Source of the DNA: Lyngbya sp. PCC 8106
GTDB taxonomy: Bacteria; Cyanobacteriota; Cyanobacteriia; Cyanobacteriales; Microcoleaceae
Reading direction: 5' to 3'
DNA length: 24,000 nucleotides
NCBI RefSeq assembly: GCF_000169095.1
Contig: NZ_AAVU01000034.1
Location: 54,694-78,693, forward strand
The notes under the pieces are model-generated. The model was not told the origin of the DNA. It worked only from the letters and a program-made list of their open reading frames with translations, and searched no databases. Positions 7,104 to 16,320 of the stretch are shown here, piece by piece; position 1 is the stretch's first letter; every line of letters begins with the position of its first letter. The position numbers and the translations under genes were made by a program.

Positions 7104-7313
7104 ATGAAAATTTTATCCATTCCGGTTTTATTAACTGTTATTATTCCTGCTGTTTGTTTATATTCTAGTCCGATGTCTCAGCCCTTTAGTCAAACTTTCA
7201 TCTGTTTCGCAAACAATAAGAACAATGTACCGCCTGAAGTTAAAGATGGGGGTTCTCGATTTTCTTCACCTCAAAAAAACTTCGATATCGATACAGATTT
7301 GATGAGAACTTAA
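7104..7313 (+). CDS. Small (69-aa) predicted secreted protein
   Basis: Strong Shine-Dalgarno GAGGAG sits 5 nt upstream of the ATG at 7104. Hydrophobic signal-like N-terminus MKILSIPVLLTVIIPAVCLYS. Divergent from the cassette. No family recognised. Confidence 0.4.
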   Translation: MKILSIPVLLTVIIPAVCLYSSPMSQPFSQTFICFANNKNNVPPEVKDGGSRFSSPQKNFDIDTDLMRT

Positions 7314-7683
7314 AGTTATATCTATTGAGGTGCATTAGATTTGGACAGGAGTTATAAAATCACTAATTTAATTATCTGATGCACCCTACAAACTCGCTAA
7401 CTTTTATTGTAGTATAATCTTGCTCAAAAATAAAAAAAACAGTATAATAGTTCAGGTTATATTATTTTGATTGATATTATAATATTAACGTTTACATTTT
7501 TTTTCTTGAAAAACAGATTGAATTGACTAATTGAGCAAAATCAATTAGAAGCTATTACTATAGCAAGTCGCGAGTCGTCTATTTACAGATCGCCATTGTA
7601 AGAAATTGCTCAAAGCTTTGCACTATAAGCATTTCTCTCTTCTGTTCCCTGCGCGAAGCGCTATAGAATCAATTTTTTCAATC

Positions 7684-8172
7684 CTATTCAGATCTAGCCC
7701 GTTTTGATAAAAATTTTTCTAACAATTCTAACTTACTTTGCAAAGCATACCGCTCTCTTTGTAAGCGATCTATTTTATTATCATAATCAGCGATCTCTTT
7801 CCTAATTTCATCTCTTTCAGAAACTAATTCACTTTTAGGAAAAAATTCATCAACATTCCCTTGCTGATTTGTCTCTACTGGTTTGATTGTCATCTCTTTT
7901 GTATCCTTTGTATCGAAAGATGTCTCCTGTTTATTAGAAAATTCTTCTTTATATGAATAGAGTGATGGATAGTCATCAGATTTAACTACCCATCCACCCT
8001 CACACAAAACCTTCAGTGTTCCACTCATGGAACCCATACTTCTAGATTTGCCGGATTTTTTATTCGTCGCTTCAAGAATCTCTTTAGCTGTAAAGCTTCT
8101 AAATGTGTTTTCTTTAAGAAAATCTACCACAATTTGCTGAAAAGAATTTCGTGCAAGTTCCTTACGTCTCAT
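7684..8172 (-). CDS. Hypothetical protein, winged-HTH-like N-terminus plus C-terminal coiled coil
   Basis: 162-aa ORF in the AT-rich islet. N-terminus FTAKEILEAT...SGTLKVLCEGGWVVK resembles a wHTH. The C-terminus has heptad-like RDEIRKEIADYDNKIDRLQRERYALQSKLELLEKFL. Confidence 0.55.
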   Translation of the reverse strand: MRRKELARNSFQQIVVDFLKENTFRSFTAKEILEATNKKSGKSRSMGSMSGTLKVLCEGGWVVKSDDYPSLYSYKEEFSNKQETSFDTKDTKEMTIKPVETNQQGNVDEFFPKSELVSERDEIRKEIADYDNKIDRLQRERYALQSKLELLEKFLSKRARSE

Positions 8173-8330
8173 AATAATAGTGAACTGTTTTCATAGACGA
8201 GTATCCTCAGAGTTAGGAAGATAAGAACAGATAGGTTTTTCAACATCTTCGCTAACTCTTAGATACTAGCGGTGATCAAACCTAGTTATAGGTCTTAGTT
8301 ATAGGTATATATCAATATAAAATCTACTTT

Positions 8331-8708
8331 CTACCCTCTATTATATTTATCATAATGTGAGGAGTATTTTGTGATGTTCTTGATAAATTGTATATGCTCC
8401 GTAAGGTTTGAGTGAGAAACACTTCGCCGTAAAGTAGGCACAGAACCACTTTCCCACCGCCGCAAGGTAGCTTGGGAAATTTCGAGAAATTGAGCCATCT
8501 GCATGGGCTTCAAACCTAATTTCTGTCTGATTCTTTCTGGATTATTTCGTGTGTTTGGTGTGTATCCAGCAGAAATCCTCTTTAAATATTTCAGGAGCAA
8601 ATTTATTTTCTCGCCGTTTTTAGCCGAGGGTGTCTCGCCGCGAGACCACCGATAAACGGAGTTTTGGGAGATCTTCAGCAAATCTGCCAGACGTTGACAT
8701 TGTGTCAT
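8331..8708 (-). CDS. Tandem-HTH DNA-binding protein (two XRE/Cro-like helix-turn-helix repeats)
   Basis: Two internal copies of the pattern [LF]L[KE]ISQ.[ST][VL].RW..G..P: LLKISQNSVYRWSRGETP and FLEISQATLRRWESGSVP. Confidence 0.6.
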   Translation of the reverse strand: MTQCQRLADLLKISQNSVYRWSRGETPSAKNGEKINLLLKYLKRISAGYTPNTRNNPERIRQKLGLKPMQMAQFLEISQATLRRWESGSVPTLRRSVSHSNLTEHIQFIKNITKYSSHYDKYNRG

Positions 8709-9079
8709 GGTTTCTTTATATATTAATTTACTTTTCTAATATAGCAGTAATTATAATAAGTGTCAAGATATAATAAATAAAATTTTAGATCTAAATTCTG
8801 TAATGCCCGTAGGAATAAGCTTTAAGCTATTATAGATTATAATTAATTTATAATTCGGGGTGTAGTCATCTTGTCATGGACTGTTAAGACTAAGATAGAA
8901 TGAACCGGACAAAGCTGGAAATTCTCTCAACGGTTTTTCGGGTCGGGAGTGGAATCCTGACTACACTCTTATTGATATCAGATACTGCGATCACAATGAG
9001 TTGAAGCTTTTTGTACCATTGCTCAGTGGCGAGTCGGGAGATTAATTCTCCAGCTTTAAATGATTCTTTGAAAGCGAAC

Positions 9080-9946
9080 ATGAGTCCAACTATTCTGGTT
9101 ACGGGTGCATCGGGAAATGTGGGTCGAGAAGTTCTTCGCAGCTTGAAGGACAAACCCGCAACGATCCGCATTGCAAGTCGTTCTCCGGTGCCGCTTGGGG
9201 AACAACAAAACCCCAACACCGTTCACCTTGACTTTGAAGATCCAACCACCTATCTTAATGCGATCGCCGGATGCCAGTCCGTGTTTTTGCTTCGTCCCCC
9301 TGCCATCAGCAATATGAAGGCGACTCTCAACCCATTTATTGATACGGTTCGTGAAGTGGGAGTTCAACAAATCGTTTTTCTGTCGGTAGCCGGAGCCGAT
9401 GGCAATCGCATCATACCCCATTACACCGTCGAACAACACCTGCAAACTCATCCCGGCAACTGGACAATTCTGCGTCCCGGCTTCTTCGCCCAAAATCTCG
9501 GTAGCGCATACCGTTCGGATATCAGGAACGATGATCGCCTGTATCTGCCTTCGGGTCGGGGACGAGTTGCCTTTGTAGACTTGCGAGATGTCGGACAAGT
9601 TGCCGCAGATGCCCTAGTCTCATGGAAAACTCATCAAGGTAAAGCATACACCCTGACAGGCCCTCAAGCATTTTCCTTTGAGGAGGTAGCGGAGTGTCTA
9701 ACCTCGTCGTTGGGTCGTAAAATTCGTTATGACTCGGCAAGTATCTGGGGTTATGCACGCCATCTTCAACGTCAGAACCTGCCCGGGGCGCAAATTCTTG
9801 TTCAAACCCTTCTTCATCTGGGGCTGCGCTTCGGACAAGCAGAAACGGTCGATCCTACACTAGAACGGCTTTTAGGTCGAAAGCCCCTCGACGTGCGAGA
9901 CTACATTACAGACCACGCCCAGTTATGGCGCAAGGGTTCAACTTGA
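9080..9946 (+). CDS. NmrA-like / atypical SDR NAD(P)-binding protein
   Basis: Rossmann motif ILVTGASGNVGREV sits right after the ATG at 9080, which is in frame with the ORF-track start at 9011. Length and overall pattern are typical of NmrA-family proteins. Confidence 0.85.
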   Translation: MSPTILVTGASGNVGREVLRSLKDKPATIRIASRSPVPLGEQQNPNTVHLDFEDPTTYLNAIAGCQSVFLLRPPAISNMKATLNPFIDTVREVGVQQIVFLSVAGADGNRIIPHYTVEQHLQTHPGNWTILRPGFFAQNLGSAYRSDIRNDDRLYLPSGRGRVAFVDLRDVGQVAADALVSWKTHQGKAYTLTGPQAFSFEEVAECLTSSLGRKIRYDSASIWGYARHLQRQNLPGAQILVQTLLHLGLRFGQAETVDPTLERLLGRKPLDVRDYITDHAQLWRKGST

Positions 9947-9981
9947 GCGCTAAAGAATACTAACTTAAAAACAACCCGATT

Positions 9982-10209
9982 CTACTTTCTGTTAAATTCC
10001 AGCGCTCCCACATAGTCAAACTGACCGTAACGTTCATTATTTGTAAATAACTTAACCTCATAAGTTACCCTTGATGGAAGAACACAAGAAATTGGCGTTT
10101 GTTGAGTTGTTTCGGCACAATCAAATGATTCCCCTGTCTTTGAAACTGCTTGAGTCATAATCCAACGTTGAGTAGGATTTTTTAATTGAATTATGGCATT
10201 TACACTCAC
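9982..10209 (-). CDS. Small hypothetical protein (75 aa)
   Basis: It is the only ORF filling the gap between the flanking genes. No recognisable motif, so coding status is uncertain. Confidence 0.3.
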   Translation of the reverse strand: MSVNAIIQLKNPTQRWIMTQAVSKTGESFDCAETTQQTPISCVLPSRVTYEVKLFTNNERYGQFDYVGALEFNRK

Positions 10210-10278
10210 ATCTTTTCATAAAAATGAGAATTGTCTCCGAAACAGATGAAGAACAATAGAGATTGATTGGGGACGTTG

Positions 10279-10998
10279 ATGAGCGAGTCTAACTTTTCGG
10301 TTTCCGGGAAATATAATACCGAAGATTCTAGAAGATACCTTGACAAAATGGTTGACAGGCTGATGCCTCAATTGCTGAAAAGCCAGAAGCGTATTCTGCT
10401 TGAAGATAGTCAGTCTCAGATGACAGGTGCTGAAGTTGCTCAAACACTTCTGAAAAAATGTCAGATTAAAAATGTTCTGGTCTGTTTCAATTCAAACAAG
10501 CAAAACTCCTATCTTCCGGGCTTAAATTGGATTAATTTATCCGAAGATATTTATTATTCCCGCTCCGTTATTGCCGCCGCGATCGCCGCCCATGAAGTCG
10601 GCCACGTCTACCAACCCGAACCCCTGAAAAAACTCAGTTCTTTGTTAAGACAATCCCCAATCATATACTACTCACCTGCCCGAGAATTTCCGATTTTAAT
10701 TCCCCTATTTTTGAAAGGGATCGGCCAGTTATTCTCAATCCAAATCGCCGTCTTGGTTGTTCCGATTATTGGAGCTTTATTCGCCTGTTTAATAATGCTT
10801 TTGGGTGTATTGATTTGGATGGGTCGTTTATGGATTTTTCTGGATGAAATCTGGGCTTCCCTATTGGCATTGCATTTATTAGAAAAGCACAAGATTTTGA
10901 CCCGCCAAGAACGGAAAGTTGCCCGAAAATTATTGTGGAATGCGGCTTTAACTTATTTACCCTTACTTCGCCCGGCCTATAGACATCCCTTCTTTTAA
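10279..10998 (+). CDS. YugP-like zinc metallopeptidase (Zn_peptidase_2 type), membrane-associated
   Basis: MTGAEVAQTLL...INLSEDIYYSRSVIAAAIAAHEVGHVYQ matches the YugP-family pattern around HExxH. Hydrophobic C-terminal helices are present. I prefer the ATG at 10279 over the TTG at 10267. Confidence 0.7.
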   Translation: MSESNFSVSGKYNTEDSRRYLDKMVDRLMPQLLKSQKRILLEDSQSQMTGAEVAQTLLKKCQIKNVLVCFNSNKQNSYLPGLNWINLSEDIYYSRSVIAAAIAAHEVGHVYQPEPLKKLSSLLRQSPIIYYSPAREFPILIPLFLKGIGQLFSIQIAVLVVPIIGALFACLIMLLGVLIWMGRLWIFLDEIWASLLALHLLEKHKILTRQERKVARKLLWNAALTYLPLLRPAYRHPFF

Positions 10999-11175
10999 AC
11001 CAAGGTTTAAGAATCTCCCGGAATGGGCGGGAGAGTTGGCTTGTGTTTGCATGATTGATGGGAGTGTAGAAAAAAAGTGCATAAGTTAATAATCTTTCGA
11101 GATAAGTAGTAATACCGCAGTCTGGCTTTAGATTGGGTTCGCGCTCAGACAAGCCATCACTTTAGGATAACAGTT

Positions 11176-12567
11176 ATGGAGCAATTTATTGGTCGGGTTT
11201 TAGGCGATCGCTATCGCATTGAATCGCTACTCGGTGGTCAAGTCGGTCGTAGAACTTTTCTGGCGCATGATTTACAAACGGGTTTGTCGGTTGTGGTGAA
11301 ATTACTATTATTTAGCCCGGATTTCACTTGGGAATATTTAAAACTATTTGAACGGGAAGCCTCAGTGCTGAAATCTCTGGATCATCCCGCTATTCCTCAA
11401 TATTTGGATGACTTTGAGTTGGAGATGGAATGGGGAAAGGGGTTCGCGTTCGTTCAAACTTATATTGAAGCCAAATCGTTGCTGAAGTGGATAGAATCCG
11501 GTCGTACTTTTAGCCAAGCCGATCTCAAAGCGATCGCCAAACAGCTATTAGAAATTTTGGATTATTTGCATCGCCGCCAACCCCCAGTTATTCATCGAGA
11601 TATTAAACCCAGTAATATTTTATTGGGCGATCGCAGTGGTCATAGCGTCGGGCAAGTTTATCTGATTGATTTGGGTTCGGTTCAGACGGTGGTACATGGC
11701 GGCACCCGAACTATTGTGGGTACTTATGGCTATATGCCTCCCGAACAATTTGGCGGACACACCACATCGGCTTCGGATTTGTATGCTTTGGGGGCTACCT
11801 TAATTTATCTGGCAACCGGACAGCATCCCGATCAATTACCCCAACAGCAGATGCGTATCAGGTTTGAAAATCGAGTTCACCTCAGTTTTAATATGATAGA
11901 CTGGCTAAAATCGATGACCGAGCCTAATGTTGAACTCCGATTTCAATCTGCAAAACAAGCATTGGAAGCTCTAGAAAATTCCAACTTCCGCAAAAATCAG
12001 TTGTTCGTGACCAAACCGAATGGCAGCAAGGTCATAGTTACAAAGACTGAGGAGATGTTCGAGATTTTCATTCCGCCACGAGGTTTTCATCTGTATCTAA
12101 TTTTCCTAATTCCCTTGGCAATTGTATGGAACTCTTTTACCGCGTCCTTATTGTGGGCTATGCTTTCCAATTTTAGTTGGACAGGATTGTTTTTTTATTT
12201 AGTGTTTTTCACGTTTTTTTCAAGAGCTGGTCTTTCGATGATTGCATACATTCCCTTTAGTTTATTCGGAGTCACAACACTTCGGATTACTCCGGCTAAA
12301 ATTTCTCTAATTTCAAAAATATTTGGAGTCCAATACGGCCAACCCTTTATCGGCCATCGCTCGGATATTACAAAAGTTGAACTCTCCCCGGTTTTATATC
12401 AAAAAGACTCGGATGGAAATTCGGTTAAAGTTCATCCTAAGATTAATATTTGGGTGGGGGTAAAAAAATGCACGTCAAATACTATAAACGGTTTAACTCC
12501 CCCGGAAATCGATTGGCTTGCTCACGAATTGAGTGACTGGCTTAATTTACCAATTAGCCGAGGTTAA
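11176..12567 (+). CDS. Ser/Thr protein kinase with C-terminal multi-pass membrane region
   Basis: Hanks motifs VVVKLL, HRDIKPSNILL, DLGS and GTYGYMPPEQ. Hydrophobic stretches LYLIFLIPLAIVWNSF... and GLFFYLVFFTFF... follow the kinase domain. Confidence 0.9.
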   Translation: MEQFIGRVLGDRYRIESLLGGQVGRRTFLAHDLQTGLSVVVKLLLFSPDFTWEYLKLFEREASVLKSLDHPAIPQYLDDFELEMEWGKGFAFVQTYIEAKSLLKWIESGRTFSQADLKAIAKQLLEILDYLHRRQPPVIHRDIKPSNILLGDRSGHSVGQVYLIDLGSVQTVVHGGTRTIVGTYGYMPPEQFGGHTTSASDLYALGATLIYLATGQHPDQLPQQQMRIRFENRVHLSFNMIDWLKSMTEPNVELRFQSAKQALEALENSNFRKNQLFVTKPNGSKVIVTKTEEMFEIFIPPRGFHLYLIFLIPLAIVWNSFTASLLWAMLSNFSWTGLFFYLVFFTFFSRAGLSMIAYIPFSLFGVTTLRITPAKISLISKIFGVQYGQPFIGHRSDITKVELSPVLYQKDSDGNSVKVHPKINIWVGVKKCTSNTINGLTPPEIDWLAHELSDWLNLPISRG

Positions 12568-12638
12568 GAACAAGTTGACGAGGACAAAGGGCGTTAAGTT
12601 ATTATTCAGCCCAAAGGTGATTCTAAAGCCTAAAATCA

Positions 12639-15173
12639 CTATAAACCATTTCCAATTAAAATAAACGATGCCCAATAATAGGGGTGGTCGAGATGATTCC
12701 GAATATTAGCGGGAAGTTCAATTTCAGAACTGACAAAAACCATTGTACCATCAGGCGATTTCTGGCTGAAAACGGTTGAGGTATTTTTAGTAATTAAACT
12801 CTGTTGGGCGATTTGTAACGCCTCGGTTTTGCTGTATCCTTGTTGCAAGGCATTATAGAAAACATTCATCAATACTTGAGTCCCACCATCGCTAACTTTC
12901 CACAACGACGCCAGCACAGCCCTCGCCCCCTGATTTTGGAATTGATAACCGAGTCCGAGAATTTGTTCGCCGTTATTATCAAAGCCACCCAACCCCGTTT
13001 CACAGGCGCTTAAAACCACTAAATCTACATTCGATAATGACCAATTTTCCACATCTCTCAGCGTTGGATTTTCCCCCTCACCAAACACAATAAAAGATTC
13101 GGACGGGTCGCCTGGAACAAAAGCCGCATGAGTGGCAAAATGCAGTATATTATAACCATTCATTTTGGGTTTCATCGCTTCGAGGGTAAAGGCTTCATCG
13201 ACATAAGCCGTTGTATTGGTCAGGGTATTTTGTAACGCGGCTACTTCAATTCCAGCAAAGGGTAAACCCGCAAATTGTACATCCCGTTGACCTATTTTTG
13301 CCGAACGTATTAACGACTCACTCGCAAACGCCCCCGCTAAAATTTTGGGTTCGGGTTGGGGTTGGGTATCAATTTCTTCTAGGGAAGCTGCGGTAATATT
13401 ATTGACTCGAAAACGTTCGGCTAACCACCGTTTACCATCGTGCAATGCCATCAACGGAATGTAACGTAAAACCCCGTCAGGGGCATAAATAATCACCTCA
13501 GCATTGGCAGCTTTTAAGTCATCTTCGAGGGGTTCAAACAGCCACTTGTAGAGTTTTTGGGCGGGTGCAACCGCATCAATTGTTGGATCTTGTAACGCCA
13601 AACGAAACCGAACAATTGTCCGATATAATTCTTCTCGGCTAACCTCAACAGTGCGCCGCAAAGGGGGAGAATTGGGAGTGGTAATCACTAATTCTAAACG
13701 GTCTTCTAGAATTAAAGGATAGAACAGAACTGCATCCAAATCTCCTAATTTATCCCGTAAACCATCTAACGCACCCAGAGATAAAGTTTGTTCTCGTGCA
13801 TCAAAACTGAGTTTTTCAATTAATTCTCGGACTTCTGGACTACGAGCAAAGTTATTAAAATCTTTGTTAATTTCTTCTTGTAAGTTATATAATTGACTGA
13901 GGCGTTGTTCTTCAGAGGGCGTTAAATTTTGTTTCTGTTGCAGTTGGGTTAATTCTTCCCCGACTTCAATAGCGTTTTTTTGGAGTTCATTGTAACGGGC
14001 GAGAATTTCGGCTTCGGGTTGGTAAAATTCGATTCCGCCAGCAGTGTTGGCATTTCCCCGAACATTTTTGAGGTAATCTTCCAACTCCTGAACTTTCAGT
14101 AAATCCAAGACTCGCTGCGCTTCTAACACTCTATTTTCTTTTAACAATAAATCAGCTAGATTTCGATAAGTATGAGCAACATTATTAGTATACGATCTCT
14201 GCTGTTCAATAGGAAGTTCTTGAATATTTACCCGGATAGATTCGTAAACTTGGACAGCTTGCTTGTAAAACGTAACTGCTAGCCGGGATTGTTTTTGTTG
14301 AGTGAACCAGTCACCTATAAGGCTAAGTGCTTGTCCTTCTCCAGATAAATAATCAATCTCTTTAGCAATGAAAAAAGCCTGTTGATAAGATGCTAAAGCT
14401 TCTTGGTCACTTCCTAAAGCTTGATAAGTGCAACCCAAGCCTATTAAAGCATTAACTTCCCAGTAACGGTTTCTAATTTTTTTTGAAACAATAATAGATT
14501 TTTTGTAAAGTTCAAGTGCTTGTGTTGTACTTCCCAATACTCGAAAAATATTCCCCAAATCACTTAAAGCATAGGCTTCTATTTGCTTGAAATCATGTTT
14601 TTGGGCGATAGCTAAAGCCTGCTGAGAAAACCTCATAGCTTCTACATATTTTTCTAAACGAAAGTAAGCCATACCAATATCAGCTAGAAATAAAGCTTCC
14701 TCCCAATAAAAATTATTTCTTCGCGCAAGTGTCAAAGCCTCCTGATTCAATTCAATTGCTTTTTCGATCTGTCCTAGTTGTAAGTAAACATAGCCAATAA
14801 GATTAAAATTGAAGGCTTCTAAACGGTGATCTTCAATTTCTTTAGCAAGAAATAAAGATGCTTGATAAGATTCAATAGCCTTCTGTAATTGCCCAGTATC
14901 GTCGTAAGCCCATCCCAATCCATATAAAGACCAGGCTTGTCCAGAGAAATTTCCAGTCTCCTGATAAATTTTTAGTGCGGCTTGAAGAGACTCAATTGCT
15001 GCTTGATATTGATATATGCTCAATTGCTTAAAACCTTCTATACGAAGCTGTTCAGCTTTTTGTTCATCAGGGGTTTGTGCGATAACAGGCGACTCAGACA
15101 GAAGGTTCATCGGTAGAATGGGAGCCAACACACCAATGATCACCGCAACGGTTAGAGCTTTTAGATTTAGCAT
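12639..15173 (-). CDS. Exported TPR-repeat CHAT-domain (caspase-like) protease
   Basis: Many TPR-like repeats (A..A...Y..AL.I) in the N-terminal half. CHAT His/Cys dyad context ILHFATHAAF and DLVVLSACETGLG. I prefer the start at 15173 (MLNLKALTVAVIIGVLAPILP, signal-peptide-like) over the upstream ATG at 15266. Confidence 0.9.
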   Translation of the reverse strand: MLNLKALTVAVIIGVLAPILPMNLLSESPVIAQTPDEQKAEQLRIEGFKQLSIYQYQAAIESLQAALKIYQETGNFSGQAWSLYGLGWAYDDTGQLQKAIESYQASLFLAKEIEDHRLEAFNFNLIGYVYLQLGQIEKAIELNQEALTLARRNNFYWEEALFLADIGMAYFRLEKYVEAMRFSQQALAIAQKHDFKQIEAYALSDLGNIFRVLGSTTQALELYKKSIIVSKKIRNRYWEVNALIGLGCTYQALGSDQEALASYQQAFFIAKEIDYLSGEGQALSLIGDWFTQQKQSRLAVTFYKQAVQVYESIRVNIQELPIEQQRSYTNNVAHTYRNLADLLLKENRVLEAQRVLDLLKVQELEDYLKNVRGNANTAGGIEFYQPEAEILARYNELQKNAIEVGEELTQLQQKQNLTPSEEQRLSQLYNLQEEINKDFNNFARSPEVRELIEKLSFDAREQTLSLGALDGLRDKLGDLDAVLFYPLILEDRLELVITTPNSPPLRRTVEVSREELYRTIVRFRLALQDPTIDAVAPAQKLYKWLFEPLEDDLKAANAEVIIYAPDGVLRYIPLMALHDGKRWLAERFRVNNITAASLEEIDTQPQPEPKILAGAFASESLIRSAKIGQRDVQFAGLPFAGIEVAALQNTLTNTTAYVDEAFTLEAMKPKMNGYNILHFATHAAFVPGDPSESFIVFGEGENPTLRDVENWSLSNVDLVVLSACETGLGGFDNNGEQILGLGYQFQNQGARAVLASLWKVSDGGTQVLMNVFYNALQQGYSKTEALQIAQQSLITKNTSTVFSQKSPDGTMVFVSSEIELPANIRNHLDHPYYWASFILIGNGL

Positions 15174-16032
15174 GGGAGTTTCTTGAGGAGATAGTCCTTC
15201 ACTTTTAATATATGTCTCTAGTTCCAAGAGGTATGCAACCTGCACGCCGAACCGTCGAGATTTCAATCAATTATCATCGTTCTCCCTTCACAATTGGTCT
15301 AGATAAATTGAAGTTAAATAGGCTTCAAAGCGCCAAAACTTCATCCCCAATCTTGAGCGAATCAATCAAATTTTATTAGAATGAATTCGGTAGATAACCC
15401 GATGAGAAATATCTTGGGCAAATTTTTGAGCGTGGTTATTTAAACGGGACTCCCCAAATAGCGACATCACATCAATGGTATGAAAACTTTGCAGTTGCCC
15501 AATTTTACACCCGTATATATCCGTCTGATTTAACCCCACATCAGAAGAATCTCATCATCAAAAGTGGACAGATTTGCGAAAAAATGGGCTATAATCCAAA
15601 TTTATCGGCTCAATTCTAATCACTTACTAACACGCTATGTAGAATCCAAAGCCGAAGAGCAATTTTCTAGGGGAACTCGGATGAAAGCGGACTCAAACAT
15701 TCACCCGGAGCCAAACCATGTATCATCTTTCAGCAAAATTTTCCAACTTACAGTCGGCATTAAAACGACAGCAAATTAAGACTTCACGCACGCATATCAG
15801 TCGCTAATATTGCCTTCATTTTGCCTATCTATCGACAAATTAACCCAGAAATTCAACTTGTCAATCCCTCTTGAAATCGATCAACTACAAGAGATAAACA
15901 ACTGCAAAGCTTAAACAATTTAACCGGGGAATTCGGGAATTTTTTTCCTTAAAAGATTTTTTTCAAATGGCATCTATCAAATCTTTAAGGGGGTTTTAAT
16001 TTCTGCAAACTTTACTCTGTTGCATTGAAACG

Positions 16033-16290
16033 ATGTCTAACTTTCTGAATAAAAAAGCAGCTTGCGCTCTCCTCAGTGTGAGTTCTTCAACATTGAAAAG
16101 ATACCAGAAAAAATACTGGCTCGAAGGCATTCACTTTATCCGCGTTAATTCTCGCAACACTCGGTATAACGAAAGGTTGATCAAAGACTGGATTGAGAAT
16201 CGTTATAACTCAAAAGCCCATCAACAGACGATTGAACACTATCAACTCTCCCTTCAGAACGCTCAGAAAAAGCAGAAAGCGAAAAAGTAA
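16033..16290 (+). CDS. Excisionase-family / MerR-like HTH DNA-binding protein (orphan mobile-element gene)
   Basis: LNKKAACALLSVSSSTLKRYQKK...IHFIRVNSRNTRYNERLIKDWI fits the HTH_17/excisionase pattern (HTH followed by a wing and a W-containing helix). No integrase gene is nearby. Confidence 0.5.
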   Translation: MSNFLNKKAACALLSVSSSTLKRYQKKYWLEGIHFIRVNSRNTRYNERLIKDWIENRYNSKAHQQTIEHYQLSLQNAQKKQKAKK

Positions 16291-16320
16291 GTGCATTTCA
16301 TACTTACTACACTTCTTATC

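Noticed and set aside
7380-7520. Several TATAAT-like hexamers (for example near 7416, 7443 and 7477) as promoters.
   Set aside because: The region is so AT-rich that such hexamers are expected by chance. There is no consistent -35 partner or downstream gene.
8890-9758. Minus-strand ORFs 8890-9219, 9056-9598 and 9522-9758 overlapping the NmrA-like gene.
   Set aside because: They are antisense to a gene with a clear Rossmann motif. The products are Arg/Pro-rich, consistent with the antisense frame of a GC-richer gene.
10216-11152. Minus-strand ORFs 10216-10443, 10668-10892 and 10766-11152 around the YugP-like gene.
   Set aside because: They overlap the HExxH-containing plus-strand ORF or its flanks. 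No motifs or start-site signals were found.
12568-12638. Bidirectional terminator between the convergent kinase and CHAT genes.
   Set aside because: Only a weak 6-bp stem (GTGATT...AATCAC) without flanking T/A runs was found, which is not convincing.
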